A stretch of DNA of 64,000 nucleotides from an uncultured candidate division Zixibacteria bacterium (GTDB taxonomy: Bacteria > Zixibacteria > MSB-5A5 > UBA10806 > 4484-95), in contig CAXXKA010000008.1 of assembly GCA_963668625.2 (NCBI GenBank), forward strand, positions 1,152,001-1,216,000. The letters are read 5' to 3'. Below, one piece after another: positions 1-9,539 of this stretch. A program made the position numbers and the translations under genes. Numbering within the stretch: the stretch's first letter is position 1; every line of letters begins with the position of its first letter. Under the pieces are notes generated by a model. The model was not told where the DNA came from. It was given only the letters and a program-made list of their open reading frames with translations, and did not search any database.

Positions 1-958
1 CGAGGCCGACACCCTGACATTGGCCGCGATAGAGATACCCGATAAGATCGAGTTTGTCATGATTGCCGATTTCAAGAAAGTGAAACTGGATAGTTTGGTG
101 ATGACCGATACGAAAGGAAAAATCGAGATCAAAAATCAGATCGCCCGAATGATAAATGTTCGCAGTAACCTGGTTGGCGGCTCGATGGTGTCGAACGGCA
201 CATATAAATACGTTTCGCCCGCGCCGCCGAAAATCGATTTCGATTTAAAAATCGATAAATTCTCGATTGCGGAGATGTATGCGACCTTCGTTACGGTTCA
301 GCATATGGCGCCGCTCTCCAAATATATAAAGGGTACTATCGGTGGTTCAGCCGATATCAGCTCCGACCTGGGCGATTCGCTCATGCCGGTGCTGGAGACA
401 CTGAACAGCCGAGGTAATTTAAAGATCGACAACGCTAAAATCGAGGGACTCGAGGGATTGAATAAGGTAGCGGAGCAACTGAAAATCAAGGAGTTGCGCG
501 ATCCTGGCCTGACGAGCCTTCACCCCAGCTACGTGGTGCGTGATGGCAGGCTTTTTGTCGACCCGATGACATTCAAGGTCGGCGGTTATAACGCAACTGC
601 CTCCGGCTCGAACGCGATTACCTACGATATGAACGGTGATCTCGATTACACTGTAGTGGTTGACGTGCCTTCCGATCAATTGGTTGGTTTTGCCGACAAT
701 ATGAACTACGTGAAAGACTTGAACCTGAAAGAGCGTCTGAAAGGCAAGATCACGAAAGTACCGATTAAAGTTCGCGGCACCTCTAAAAAGCCGAGTTTCT
801 CCCTGGATATGAATGCGGTGACCAAAACCATCACCGACCAGGTCGGGGAGATACTTAAAGAAGAGGCAGAGAAGAAAAAGAATGAGGTAATTGACAAAGC
901 CAAGGATGAAGTCGGGAAGAAGCTGGAGGATGGCCTGAAGAAGCTGTTTGGAAATTAG
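1..958 (+). CDS. AsmA-like protein, C-terminal part (5'-truncated by the window)
   Basis: Frame is open from base 2. Beta-rich AsmA/TamB-like C-terminus (VDPMTFKVGG, GSNAIT..GDLDY, VPIKVRGTSKKP) followed by a charged helical tail ending LKKLFGN. Confidence 0.7.
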   Translation, partial: EADTLTLAAIEIPDKIEFVMIADFKKVKLDSLVMTDTKGKIEIKNQIARMINVRSNLVGGSMVSNGTYKYVSPAPPKIDFDLKIDKFSIAEMYATFVTVQHMAPLSKYIKGTIGGSADISSDLGDSLMPVLETLNSRGNLKIDNAKIEGLEGLNKVAEQLKIKELRDPGLTSLHPSYVVRDGRLFVDPMTFKVGGYNATASGSNAITYDMNGDLDYTVVVDVPSDQLVGFADNMNYVKDLNLKERLKGKITKVPIKVRGTSKKPSFSLDMNAVTKTITDQVGEILKEEAEKKKNEVIDKAKDEVGKKLEDGLKKLFGN

Positions 959-1061
959 AATTTCTATTACCTATTTTAAAATTTCGACAAGGCAAAGCGA
1001 GCACATCCTCGAGAAGCGTTTAGGAATGAGAAATAGCGAGTAGAGGAACATGCAATTAAAG

Positions 1062-1093
1062 TAGGGACGTTCGATCGAATGTCCCTATTTTTT
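1062..1093 (+). terminator. Intrinsic terminator
   Basis: Near-perfect palindrome TAGGGACGTTCGA/TCGAATGTCCCTA followed by T6. Confidence 0.6.
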
Positions 1094-1100
1094 ACTATGT

Positions 1101-1127
1101 AAAAAAACGCCCGACTTACACCGGGCG
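1101..1127 (-). terminator. Intrinsic terminator of the S9 peptidase gene
   Basis: CGCCCG-N8-CGGGCG preceded by A7 on the + strand. Confidence 0.65.
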
Positions 1128-1167
1128 GATTTGAAAATCATGAAACGGTCGGATATTTTCGGCCGTT

Positions 1168-3159
1168 CTATTTTTTGCCTTTTAGATATTTATCGAACCA
1201 GCTTCTTATCCAGTCCAAACGTGCCAGACGTCTATCCGCGCGACCGCATCTCGAGAGGCCGTGAGGTGAATCCGGGAACAGTACCAGTTCGGTCGTACGC
1301 CTTAGCTTTTTTAACGAGATATACAATTGCTCTCCCTGTTCCTGGGGGCAGCGAAGGTCTTTCTCGGAATGGATAATCAGCAGCGGAGTTTTAATCTTAT
1401 TGACATACTTGATCGGCGAGCGATCCCACCAGTGATCGGTGTCAGTCCAGGGCTTTCCTTTTATCTCCCTGTCCACCTCGAAACCGATATCCGATGACCC
1501 GAACATCGAGATGAAATTAGTAACCGAACGCTGGGTGACTGCCGCCTTGAAAAAGTTAGTGTGGCCGACAATCCAATTGGTCATGTAGCCGCCGTAACTG
1601 CCTCCGGTAACTCCCATCCTGTTTTTGTTGATATATTTCTGATCGGCCATGTGCCTGGCGAAAGACATGCAATCATCATAGTCGAGCGTACCCCAGTTAT
1701 CGACAATACATTCGGCGTGAGCTTTGCCGTAACCCTGCCCGCCCCTGGGATTGCAGTAGTAAACCACGTATCCCTGTGCCGCCAGGTATTGCATCTCGTG
1801 GAAGAAACTGTTACCGTACTGGACTCTCGGGCCGCCATGAATTTCTAAAATAGAGGGATAGCTTTTGGTTTGTTTGAAATCCGGAGGTTTTAAAATCCAA
1901 CCGTGAATAGGGTAACCATCATGACCGGCAACTATAACCTCCTGCGGTTTCGAGATATAAATCTCTTTCAGCAGCTCATCGTTGAGGTTGGTTAACTGGC
2001 GAGGCTTGGCTCGTCCGCTCAAGCCTGAAATGAATACCTCGGCCGGATTAGTATGATCGGCTTTAGCGAACGCGACACTTGCTTTCGAACCTTGCATCGA
2101 TATTCCCATTATATGCATCTTACCGCTTATGACATTTTTCAACCTGCCGCCGCCGGCGGGGATCTCAGCCATTATCGTGTTGCCGGAATCCGAATAGAGG
2201 AAATAAATCTTTTTGCCATCTTTCGACCATACCGGAGCAGGCGCACCGAATCCCTCGGCCGTATCCGATATTGTAAGGTTCTCCACCATACGATCGAATT
2301 TCGGCATCAGGTCTAAAGCCTTACCACCCGATACCGGTGTTTTCCAAACGCGGTGGGGGGCGACACCCCAGGGATCGTTAACATCATCATGACCTACATA
2401 AGCGATATAGCGGCTGTCCGGCGAAACCGACATCGACTCGACCGGGCCATCGGGCTTGCTTAGTTGACGGCCTCTGCCGCCTTTAATCGTGGTGACGAAT
2501 ATGCCATCGAAGAGGGGATCTTTATCCTGGTCGGGTTTGATATTCGTTGCGTAGGCGATACGCCGGCTATCGGGAAACCAAATCGGCGAGCGCTCACCGT
2601 TTTTACCTTTAGTGAGTTGTTTGCCTTCGCCGGTCAGTATATCGAAAATGAATATATGGCCGTTATCTTTCGGCAGGTAACCCGAGTTATCCAGCTTGTA
2701 AAACATCCTGGTAATGTGCCGGAATACCGGTTCCTCTTTTTTGCCGTCCTTGTCTTTCGGAACATCATCCGCTTGCTTGAAAACGCAGAGAATATGTTTG
2801 CTATCGGGCGAGATAGAGATATCGGAGAAACTACCGTCCTTATCTACCAGTAAAGTAGCCTCTCCACCATTCGCGGACATCCGGTAAAGGCCCTTTTTTT
2901 CACCTCGTTTGGAGATGAACACGATCCATTGACCATCGGGTGAGAACACCGGTTTGGAGTCTTTCACCTCGCCGAAAGTGAACTGGCGAAGATTTTTGCC
3001 GTCGGTATTTACCATATGGATATGCGAGTAATATTTTGTTTTATCCTCCGAGACCACCTCTACGGTGAACATGACCTTAGTCTCATCCGGAGACATACAC
3101 ACCGAGCGAACGAACTTTAACTTCAGCAAATCCTCGGCGGTTATTTTACGTTTTTTCAT
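1168..3159 (-). CDS. S9 family peptidase (acylaminoacyl/dipeptidyl aminopeptidase-like)
   Basis: N-terminal PD40-type propeller (SPDG repeats), IHGGP, GGSYGG nucleophile, HSEKDLRC Asp, HGLSR His. Confidence 0.92.
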   Translation of the reverse strand: MKKRKITAEDLLKLKFVRSVCMSPDETKVMFTVEVVSEDKTKYYSHIHMVNTDGKNLRQFTFGEVKDSKPVFSPDGQWIVFISKRGEKKGLYRMSANGGEATLLVDKDGSFSDISISPDSKHILCVFKQADDVPKDKDGKKEEPVFRHITRMFYKLDNSGYLPKDNGHIFIFDILTGEGKQLTKGKNGERSPIWFPDSRRIAYATNIKPDQDKDPLFDGIFVTTIKGGRGRQLSKPDGPVESMSVSPDSRYIAYVGHDDVNDPWGVAPHRVWKTPVSGGKALDLMPKFDRMVENLTISDTAEGFGAPAPVWSKDGKKIYFLYSDSGNTIMAEIPAGGGRLKNVISGKMHIMGISMQGSKASVAFAKADHTNPAEVFISGLSGRAKPRQLTNLNDELLKEIYISKPQEVIVAGHDGYPIHGWILKPPDFKQTKSYPSILEIHGGPRVQYGNSFFHEMQYLAAQGYVVYYCNPRGGQGYGKAHAECIVDNWGTLDYDDCMSFARHMADQKYINKNRMGVTGGSYGGYMTNWIVGHTNFFKAAVTQRSVTNFISMFGSSDIGFEVDREIKGKPWTDTDHWWDRSPIKYVNKIKTPLLIIHSEKDLRCPQEQGEQLYISLKKLRRTTELVLFPDSPHGLSRCGRADRRLARLDWIRSWFDKYLKGKK

Positions 3160-3319
3160 TTTAACTCCTTATCCGAAAAATCATAATGTCCAATGTATAG
3201 TAATCCTATCCCATATTCCTGGAATAAGCAAGCAGTCATTTATATGTATATGAAACGATGTTAAGAATCTCTTAGTTTCAAAAGGGATGGTGAATAGCAG
3301 TCAATAATATATGCTCCAA

Positions 3320-3622
3320 CTAATACTCTATCACCTCCCGGATATCCTGGCGAACGAAAAAGTAGGGAAGCGTACCGGGTTCCAGGCCTCTATCAGGGGT
3401 TATCACGATGAACGATTTGTGTTCGAATATAGCGATAATTTTTTCGGTAGGAGTATCTTTTTCCAGCATCCCGCACCAGCCATCCACCTCGACATATAAA
3501 GGTGGCTGCCAGTGAAAGGCCGAGTTGATCTTGAGCGCTTTTATTTTCTTTTCACGAATCGATAACTTGAGATCTCTCTCGAGCCGCGTTTTCAATTCGG
3601 CGTATTTTTCATCGTTAAGCAT
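3320..3622 (-). CDS. Hypothetical protein (~100 aa)
   Basis: Co-directional ORF between citF and the peptidase gene with globular composition; ATG at 3622, alternative TTG at 3637. Confidence 0.7.
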   Translation of the reverse strand: MLNDEKYAELKTRLERDLKLSIREKKIKALKINSAFHWQPPLYVEVDGWCGMLEKDTPTEKIIAIFEHKSFIVITPDRGLEPGTLPYFFVRQDIREVIEY

Positions 3623-3699
3623 AGAATAGACTGTCAAAAGTATTGTGGCCGGTCGAGAAGCTATAACTTTCCCGGCAAGCCCCGCAATTTATCATCCCG

Positions 3700-5262
3700 T
3701 TATTTTGCCGGTTTCTTGATCGTATCCAGTAAAGTGCCGTCACGCCATTCTATGACATGAACTACCTCATCGGTGGTTTCCGTCATCGGCGGGATCGTGC
3801 CGAACTCCTCGGCTTTAGCTTTTGATTTCTGCTGTAGCTCGGCGATAGAGATAAGTTTCAAACCTTGTTTGGCCGCATTCTCGACAATCGCTTCCTTATA
3901 ACTGCTCCGGCTATGAGGATTGATAGCCGCGTACTCCTCCGTTACTACGGCATCGACTACCTCTCCGGGCGTGGTGCGAGTATAAACTTTTTCCACTACC
4001 TTGGGGAATCCCTTGCCGTTTTTGCCTGTCGCCAGCGGCAGGAATATCACGGTGAGATCGGCTCCGGCGGCAACATCCTGGCCACCACCTATACCGCCTA
4101 TAATGCGACCGTTGGCGCAGACCGTGTTCAAGTTGAAATCAAGATCGACCTCCAGCGCCGAGAGCACCGCCAGGTCGAGCATATTAACGGCTGATTCTTT
4201 ATTGGCCACCGAGGCATAATACGCCGTGGTTATCTCGTGATGGTTGGGATTGACTCGCAGGGATTCGATCACTTTGGGGCTGGGCTCGAACAGTTGGCCG
4301 TGCATCAACTGCGAAAGCGTACCCTCGTCGAGCATATCGACATGCATTGAAGTTACGCCGCCTATCGAGAAGTTGGCCCTGATATTCTGCTCTTTCAACA
4401 TGCGCCTGATATTGTCCAGAACCAGCAAACCCGCGCCTGAGCCTACCTGGAACGCGAACTGATCTTTAACCACACCCGAGGCGTTAATCAAATTCGTGAT
4501 ATTGTCGGCTACCTGCGCATTGAACGGATTGCCTTTAGCTTTGGAGATATCCAATGTGCCCGAACCGATTCCGGAGTTCAACCCTGGATCATCGACCTGA
4601 ACCACGAAATCTACCTGCTCCATCGAAATAGGCGTAGGCATAATCAGTTTATCACTGACGGTACCCGCGAGCAGACAAACGTACTCGGCATATTCGGCAT
4701 CCGCTGAAAACAGTCCGACTGGGCCACATAGATGCTCGGGTTTACCCATCACGCCGTTCGAGTTTCCGTGTATGTCAGAAATAGGTACGGGGCCGAACGC
4801 GACCTTGATATTAACCTCGCCGGTTTGGAGCTTGCGCACCCGGTTACCATGCGATACACCTACCGATACCCATGGCAGAAGCTCTCCCTCAAGTATGTAC
4901 TTGCCCAGTCCCCGGTAGGGATTGCCATAAATACCTTTGATTACACCATCTTTTATCGCCTCGATAAGCCAGGGATCGACATTGTCGAAAAAAGCGTTAC
5001 CGTAGATATTTATATCATGTTTGCCTGTCCGGCGAAGTTTATCAATCACCATTTTCAGGCCGTTATCTCCCAGGCGGTAGTAATGAGGATAGGAAATCGT
5101 GTCGCCGTCATTTATGACACTCATCACCTCATCCAGCGAGACTACTTTATTTTTGCGCCGAGGAATAGTCGGAGTGATAGTTCTACCGACCAGCCTGCCG
5201 CTATAGGTCTTGTCGTTAAAAGCTTTGTCGAAAAGTTCGTATTTTTTACCATTAAATTCCAT
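3700..5262 (-). CDS. citF: Citrate lyase alpha subunit / citrate CoA-transferase (CitF-like, divergent)
   Basis: GDTISYPHYYRLGD, SHGNR, FQVGSG, ALEVDLDFNLN, GGIGGGQD, TTPGEVVD, EWRDGTLLDTI. SD GGAGGA lies before ATG 5262. Confidence 0.82.
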   Translation of the reverse strand: MEFNGKKYELFDKAFNDKTYSGRLVGRTITPTIPRRKNKVVSLDEVMSVINDGDTISYPHYYRLGDNGLKMVIDKLRRTGKHDINIYGNAFFDNVDPWLIEAIKDGVIKGIYGNPYRGLGKYILEGELLPWVSVGVSHGNRVRKLQTGEVNIKVAFGPVPISDIHGNSNGVMGKPEHLCGPVGLFSADAEYAEYVCLLAGTVSDKLIMPTPISMEQVDFVVQVDDPGLNSGIGSGTLDISKAKGNPFNAQVADNITNLINASGVVKDQFAFQVGSGAGLLVLDNIRRMLKEQNIRANFSIGGVTSMHVDMLDEGTLSQLMHGQLFEPSPKVIESLRVNPNHHEITTAYYASVANKESAVNMLDLAVLSALEVDLDFNLNTVCANGRIIGGIGGGQDVAAGADLTVIFLPLATGKNGKGFPKVVEKVYTRTTPGEVVDAVVTEEYAAINPHSRSSYKEAIVENAAKQGLKLISIAELQQKSKAKAEEFGTIPPMTETTDEVVHVIEWRDGTLLDTIKKPAK

Positions 5263-5439
5263 TGGTGCGTCCTCCATTCTAATCTTGCACAATTTAGTGA
5301 TGGCCGGGCGAAAGTCAAGAATTCCCGTAGTTTGGCTTGATTGTAGTTGACATCGCCGGAATATTTCGCAAAATTTACATTCGATACGATTAAACCGGCT
5401 GATGATGTATTAAATCGTTTTTAAGCTAAGGGAGGAATT

Positions 5440-6771
5440 ATGAAAATCAGAAATTATAAAAGTATCATTTTGTTTATTTTTCTTATTGCCATTGCCGCTA
5501 TTTTCGCCTGTGGTGATGATGATTCGCCGACTGAAACCACCAATCATCCACCTTATCAACCTTATTCACCATCCCCGATTAACGGCTCATCCAATCGATC
5601 GGTAGACTCCGATCTTTCCTGGTCTTGCGAAGATCCTGATGAGAATCCGTTGACTTATACGCTTTATTTCAGCGAGACAGAAACGCTTAATGTTCTATTA
5701 GCCGATCTCGATACCGCATTTTATGCCCTGGGTACGCTGGAAAATAATGAATCGTACTACTGGAAAGTCGTAGCCTATGATAATCAGGGTGATTCCACCG
5801 AAGGCGCAATCTGGAGTTTTAGCACCGCCCCCGGTTCCAACAGCGCTCCGAATACACCCGGTAATCCATCTCCGGCCGGTGGGGCGACCGGTCAGGCAAC
5901 TAATGTCAATTTGTCCTGGTCGTGCACCGATCCTGATTACGGCGATTATTTGAATTACAATATTTATTTCGATACCGCTACTGTACCATCGATTGCCGCT
6001 ACCGCGTTATCCTCGGCAAGCTATGATCCCGGAGAATTATTGCCCTCGACCTGGTACAGGTGGCGGGTGGTGGCCTATGATAATTATAATGATTCCACCT
6101 CGGGGCCCGTATGGAGTTTCCAGACAGGTGGCGAGGCCGAGGGTGTGTTTGCCGCAATGGCCATTGCCAGAACGATTGTCCCGGTTGATGATAATGGCTT
6201 TTTCCGTATGGATGAGATAGTTGCCCGATTCGACAGCGCCTATGCTCCCTGCGATCCCATAACACCGCTTGAGGCGGAAGATGTCAGCTGTAACGAGTAT
6301 TTGCTTTCCTGGAATGCGGCCTTGGGATTGCATAAGTATTCCGATATGGTCAATTTCTCGTTTTTGGATTTGGGTGAGAGTTATACATTCGAAATAAGCG
6401 GTTCCATCATAGTACCCGCCCTGACTGATTCGATCGATTTCCCCGATACCGAGACATATATCACCTCACCGGAGTTAAACGATACTCTTTCCATTAACGG
6501 TTTTACCGTAAGCTGGGCCGGCGTCGGTACGGATTCTGTTTATATTATGCTTCTTTCCGGGGATGATACCACCGCTGTTTCGGTACTTACAGATAATGAC
6601 GGTAGTCATACTTTTTCCGGTGATGATCTGGAATCTCTGGGTGGTCAGGCCGGCGAGTATGGGCTCATGCTCATTTACCAGAAAGAGAATTTGATCGATG
6701 CTACCGGATATGATTCCAGAAGTTATATCTGGGCCAGGATAATTAACGTAGTAACCGTTCGTTTACAGTAG
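5440..6771 (+). CDS. Lipoprotein with two fibronectin type III-like repeats
   Basis: Lipobox IFAC; duplicated LSWSC.DPD...Y.W.VVAYDN..DST.G..WSF.T module; SD GGGAGG. Confidence 0.75.
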   Translation: MKIRNYKSIILFIFLIAIAAIFACGDDDSPTETTNHPPYQPYSPSPINGSSNRSVDSDLSWSCEDPDENPLTYTLYFSETETLNVLLADLDTAFYALGTLENNESYYWKVVAYDNQGDSTEGAIWSFSTAPGSNSAPNTPGNPSPAGGATGQATNVNLSWSCTDPDYGDYLNYNIYFDTATVPSIAATALSSASYDPGELLPSTWYRWRVVAYDNYNDSTSGPVWSFQTGGEAEGVFAAMAIARTIVPVDDNGFFRMDEIVARFDSAYAPCDPITPLEAEDVSCNEYLLSWNAALGLHKYSDMVNFSFLDLGESYTFEISGSIIVPALTDSIDFPDTETYITSPELNDTLSINGFTVSWAGVGTDSVYIMLLSGDDTTAVSVLTDNDGSHTFSGDDLESLGGQAGEYGLMLIYQKENLIDATGYDSRSYIWARIINVVTVRLQ

Positions 6772-6780
6772 GAATTGTTT

Positions 6781-8352
6781 ATGAGTAGTAGAATCAGGAG
6801 TTGGGGCATTATCATAATTGGCATGTTTATTGTTTTATCGAGCTGTTCGAAAAAGTCTCCTTACCCGGAGGATGTCGCGTTGGCTCTGGATAAAGCAGGC
6901 GATAACCGGCCGGAACTCGAGAAAGCAATCACGTATTTCTCCGCCTGGGATGATACATTAAAGCTAAAAGCTATTTTCTATCTGATAGGAAATATGGAAA
7001 ATCACTCCTACGCGGTTTTTGGTCTATTCGATACGCTGGGCAATAAAATCGAATTCGATGCCTCGCGGTATCCCGATTTCGATGAGGTCGTCTCGGTCGC
7101 CGATTCGCTGGAGGAATCGTACGGCCCGCTGGATTTTACGAAAGATACGTTGTATTACGATGTTCAGAGTATAAGCGCCGATGTTCTTATCAATCAGGTT
7201 GATTTCGCTTTTCGGGCCTGGCGTACGAAACCCTGGTCAAAAGAGCTGTCGTTCGAGTATTTCCTGGAGTACGTTCTGCCTTTTCGCGGTTCTAACGAAC
7301 CCATAGAGCCGTGGCGGGAATACTTTTTCCAGAAATACAGCGGTCTCGATACTGTTTTTAACGATACGACCAGTGCGATAGAGGTGGCATCTTATTTAAA
7401 TAATGACATCAAATCGTGGTTCACGTTCGACCGTCGATATTATTACCATCCCACCGATCAGGGCCTATCTCAGATGCTCGAAAACCATTACGGCAGATGT
7501 GAGGATATGGCTAACCTGGCAATATATGCCATGCGCTCGGTTGGCCTGGCCGTGACCAGTGATTATACTCCATACTGGGCCAACGCCGGCGGTAACCATG
7601 CCTGGAACGCACTGATTTTGCCCGATGGTGATGTAATACCGTTTATGGGCTGCGAGAGCAATCCGGGGCAATATGGTTTGCCCAACAAAATGGCCAAGGT
7701 ATATCGTAAGATGTATTCGCTGCAGAGAGAAAACCTGATATTCAAAGATCGCAAGCAGGAGAAAGTGCCCGGCTGGCTTGCCGGCAAAAGCTACATAGAT
7801 GTTACCGAGGCCTATACCGAGGTTTGCGATGTCGTCTACCGGTTCGATAGAGCCATCCCCGATTCGGTGGATTTCGCTTACCTGTGCGTGTTCAATAGCG
7901 GTGATTGGCAGGCTGTACACTGGGGGAAAATTATAGGTGATGCAGCCTCTTTCGATGATATGGGAACCGGGATCGTATATTTGCCGGCGCTGTATCTTAA
8001 TGAGGAGATAAAGCCATTCGGGGCGCCGTTTATTCTTCACGAGGACTGCACGCTAGAGAAACTCCAGGCGAATCAAACCACTCTGATAGAGATCAGTATC
8101 GGCTCGGTCACTGGTTTCAAGGCCGAGATCGCTACGGATGGCGTGCATCGCCGTAAAATCGAGCCAGGCATGACTTATGAGTTGTTCTATTGGAGTGATG
8201 GCTGGGAGCGATTAAGTGTTCAGGAGTCGAAATCAGGTATATTTAGTTTTGATAATGTTCCTGAAGGTGGTTTATACTGGTTAAAAGCTGAGAATTCTGA
8301 TAACGACGAGCGTATTTTTAGCCTTGATGATAATCAATCAGTATGGTGGTAA
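6781..8352 (+). CDS. Transglutaminase-like superfamily lipoprotein
   Basis: Lipobox LSSC; AGDNRPELE..I, YVLPFR..NEP, GRCEDM (Cys), GNHAWN (His). Confidence 0.8.
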   Translation: MSSRIRSWGIIIIGMFIVLSSCSKKSPYPEDVALALDKAGDNRPELEKAITYFSAWDDTLKLKAIFYLIGNMENHSYAVFGLFDTLGNKIEFDASRYPDFDEVVSVADSLEESYGPLDFTKDTLYYDVQSISADVLINQVDFAFRAWRTKPWSKELSFEYFLEYVLPFRGSNEPIEPWREYFFQKYSGLDTVFNDTTSAIEVASYLNNDIKSWFTFDRRYYYHPTDQGLSQMLENHYGRCEDMANLAIYAMRSVGLAVTSDYTPYWANAGGNHAWNALILPDGDVIPFMGCESNPGQYGLPNKMAKVYRKMYSLQRENLIFKDRKQEKVPGWLAGKSYIDVTEAYTEVCDVVYRFDRAIPDSVDFAYLCVFNSGDWQAVHWGKIIGDAASFDDMGTGIVYLPALYLNEEIKPFGAPFILHEDCTLEKLQANQTTLIEISIGSVTGFKAEIATDGVHRRKIEPGMTYELFYWSDGWERLSVQESKSGIFSFDNVPEGGLYWLKAENSDNDERIFSLDDNQSVWW

Positions 8353-8661
8353 TACGTTAACTAATATATAGTTATCATTTTTATAGCCAATTGTATATTT
8401 ATCTTTAACATCAATTATTGATATGTATCATAAAATCTATAAGTATAACTACTATTATAATTTTTCTATCATCCAAAAACCTTATAATATTATTCTAAAT
8501 ACCTTAGTAAATAGGTTGACATATATGAATACTATCTATATTTTCACTGAAAGAATAGCTGTCTTCGTCCGTTTGACAAGAAAATACGATCATGGAATCA
8601 TCAGAAGCGCAAATGCTTCTCTGGTATATAGAGATCTATTATCAGTGAAAGGACCAGTTAA

Positions 8662-9510
8662 ATGAACCCATCCGATATAACTGCGATTATGCAAAAACAT
8701 GAGGGAGAACGCGGTCAGATTATATCGATACTGGAGGATATTCAGTCCAAGTACAGTTACCTGCCGGAGCAATCATTACGGATGGTGGCTGAACAGACCG
8801 GACATTCGCTGGTGGATATTTTTGGGGTTGCCACGTTTTATAAAGCGTTCAGCTTAAAACCTCGTGGCCGTCACCTGATTTCCTGCTGCAGCGGCACAGC
8901 TTGCCATGTCAGAGGTGCGCCGAGAATCGCCAAACGCCTGGAGCGTGAACTGAAAATTAAAGCGGGCGAGACCACTCCTGATAAGGAATTCACCTTTGAA
9001 ACGGTAAACTGCCTGGGGGCCTGCGCACTCGGACCAATCGTTGTCGTGGATGGGCATTATTTCTCCAATGTCAAACCGAACGATATTACAGGAATACTGG
9101 AGCGGGCGAAAGAGGGCCTGGATAGAGTCGAGGTAAAAACCGACAAGCGCCTTTTTCCGGTTGCCGTAAGCTGCCCGGTATGCAATCACAGCCTGATGGA
9201 TCAGCATCACTTAATAGATGGTTACCCGCCTATTAAAGTGACTGTCTCGACCGGCCAGAGCCATGGCTGGTTGATTCTTTCCAGTCTCTACGGAAGTTAT
9301 AACACCTCTTGCGAATTCGATATTCCAGAAGAGGCGGTAGTTAATTTCTTCTGTCCTCATTGTCACGCGGAGTTGGTTGGCGGTGGTGATTGTATAGAGT
9401 GCAACGCTCCTATGGTACCGATGATCGTACGCGGCGGCGGAATGGTGCAGATTTGCTCTCGCCGTGGCTGTAAAAATCATATGCTCGATCTGAATGGCAT
9501 AAACGTTTAG
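8662..9510 (+). CDS. NuoE/HydC (BfuC)-like [2Fe-2S] subunit with a C-terminal Cys-rich domain
   Basis: GVATFY, CSGTACHVRG, CLGACALGP; extra domain with CPVC, CPHC, CIEC, CSRRGC. Confidence 0.9.
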   Translation: MNPSDITAIMQKHEGERGQIISILEDIQSKYSYLPEQSLRMVAEQTGHSLVDIFGVATFYKAFSLKPRGRHLISCCSGTACHVRGAPRIAKRLERELKIKAGETTPDKEFTFETVNCLGACALGPIVVVDGHYFSNVKPNDITGILERAKEGLDRVEVKTDKRLFPVAVSCPVCNHSLMDQHHLIDGYPPIKVTVSTGQSHGWLILSSLYGSYNTSCEFDIPEEAVVNFFCPHCHAELVGGGDCIECNAPMVPMIVRGGGMVQICSRRGCKNHMLDLNGINV

Positions 9511-9539
9511 TGTGGAAATAAAAATAACGGGAAAAGATA

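Noticed and set aside
1061-1087. GTAG-type REP element
   Set aside because: Single copy with no RAYT gene; its position and T tract fit a terminator.
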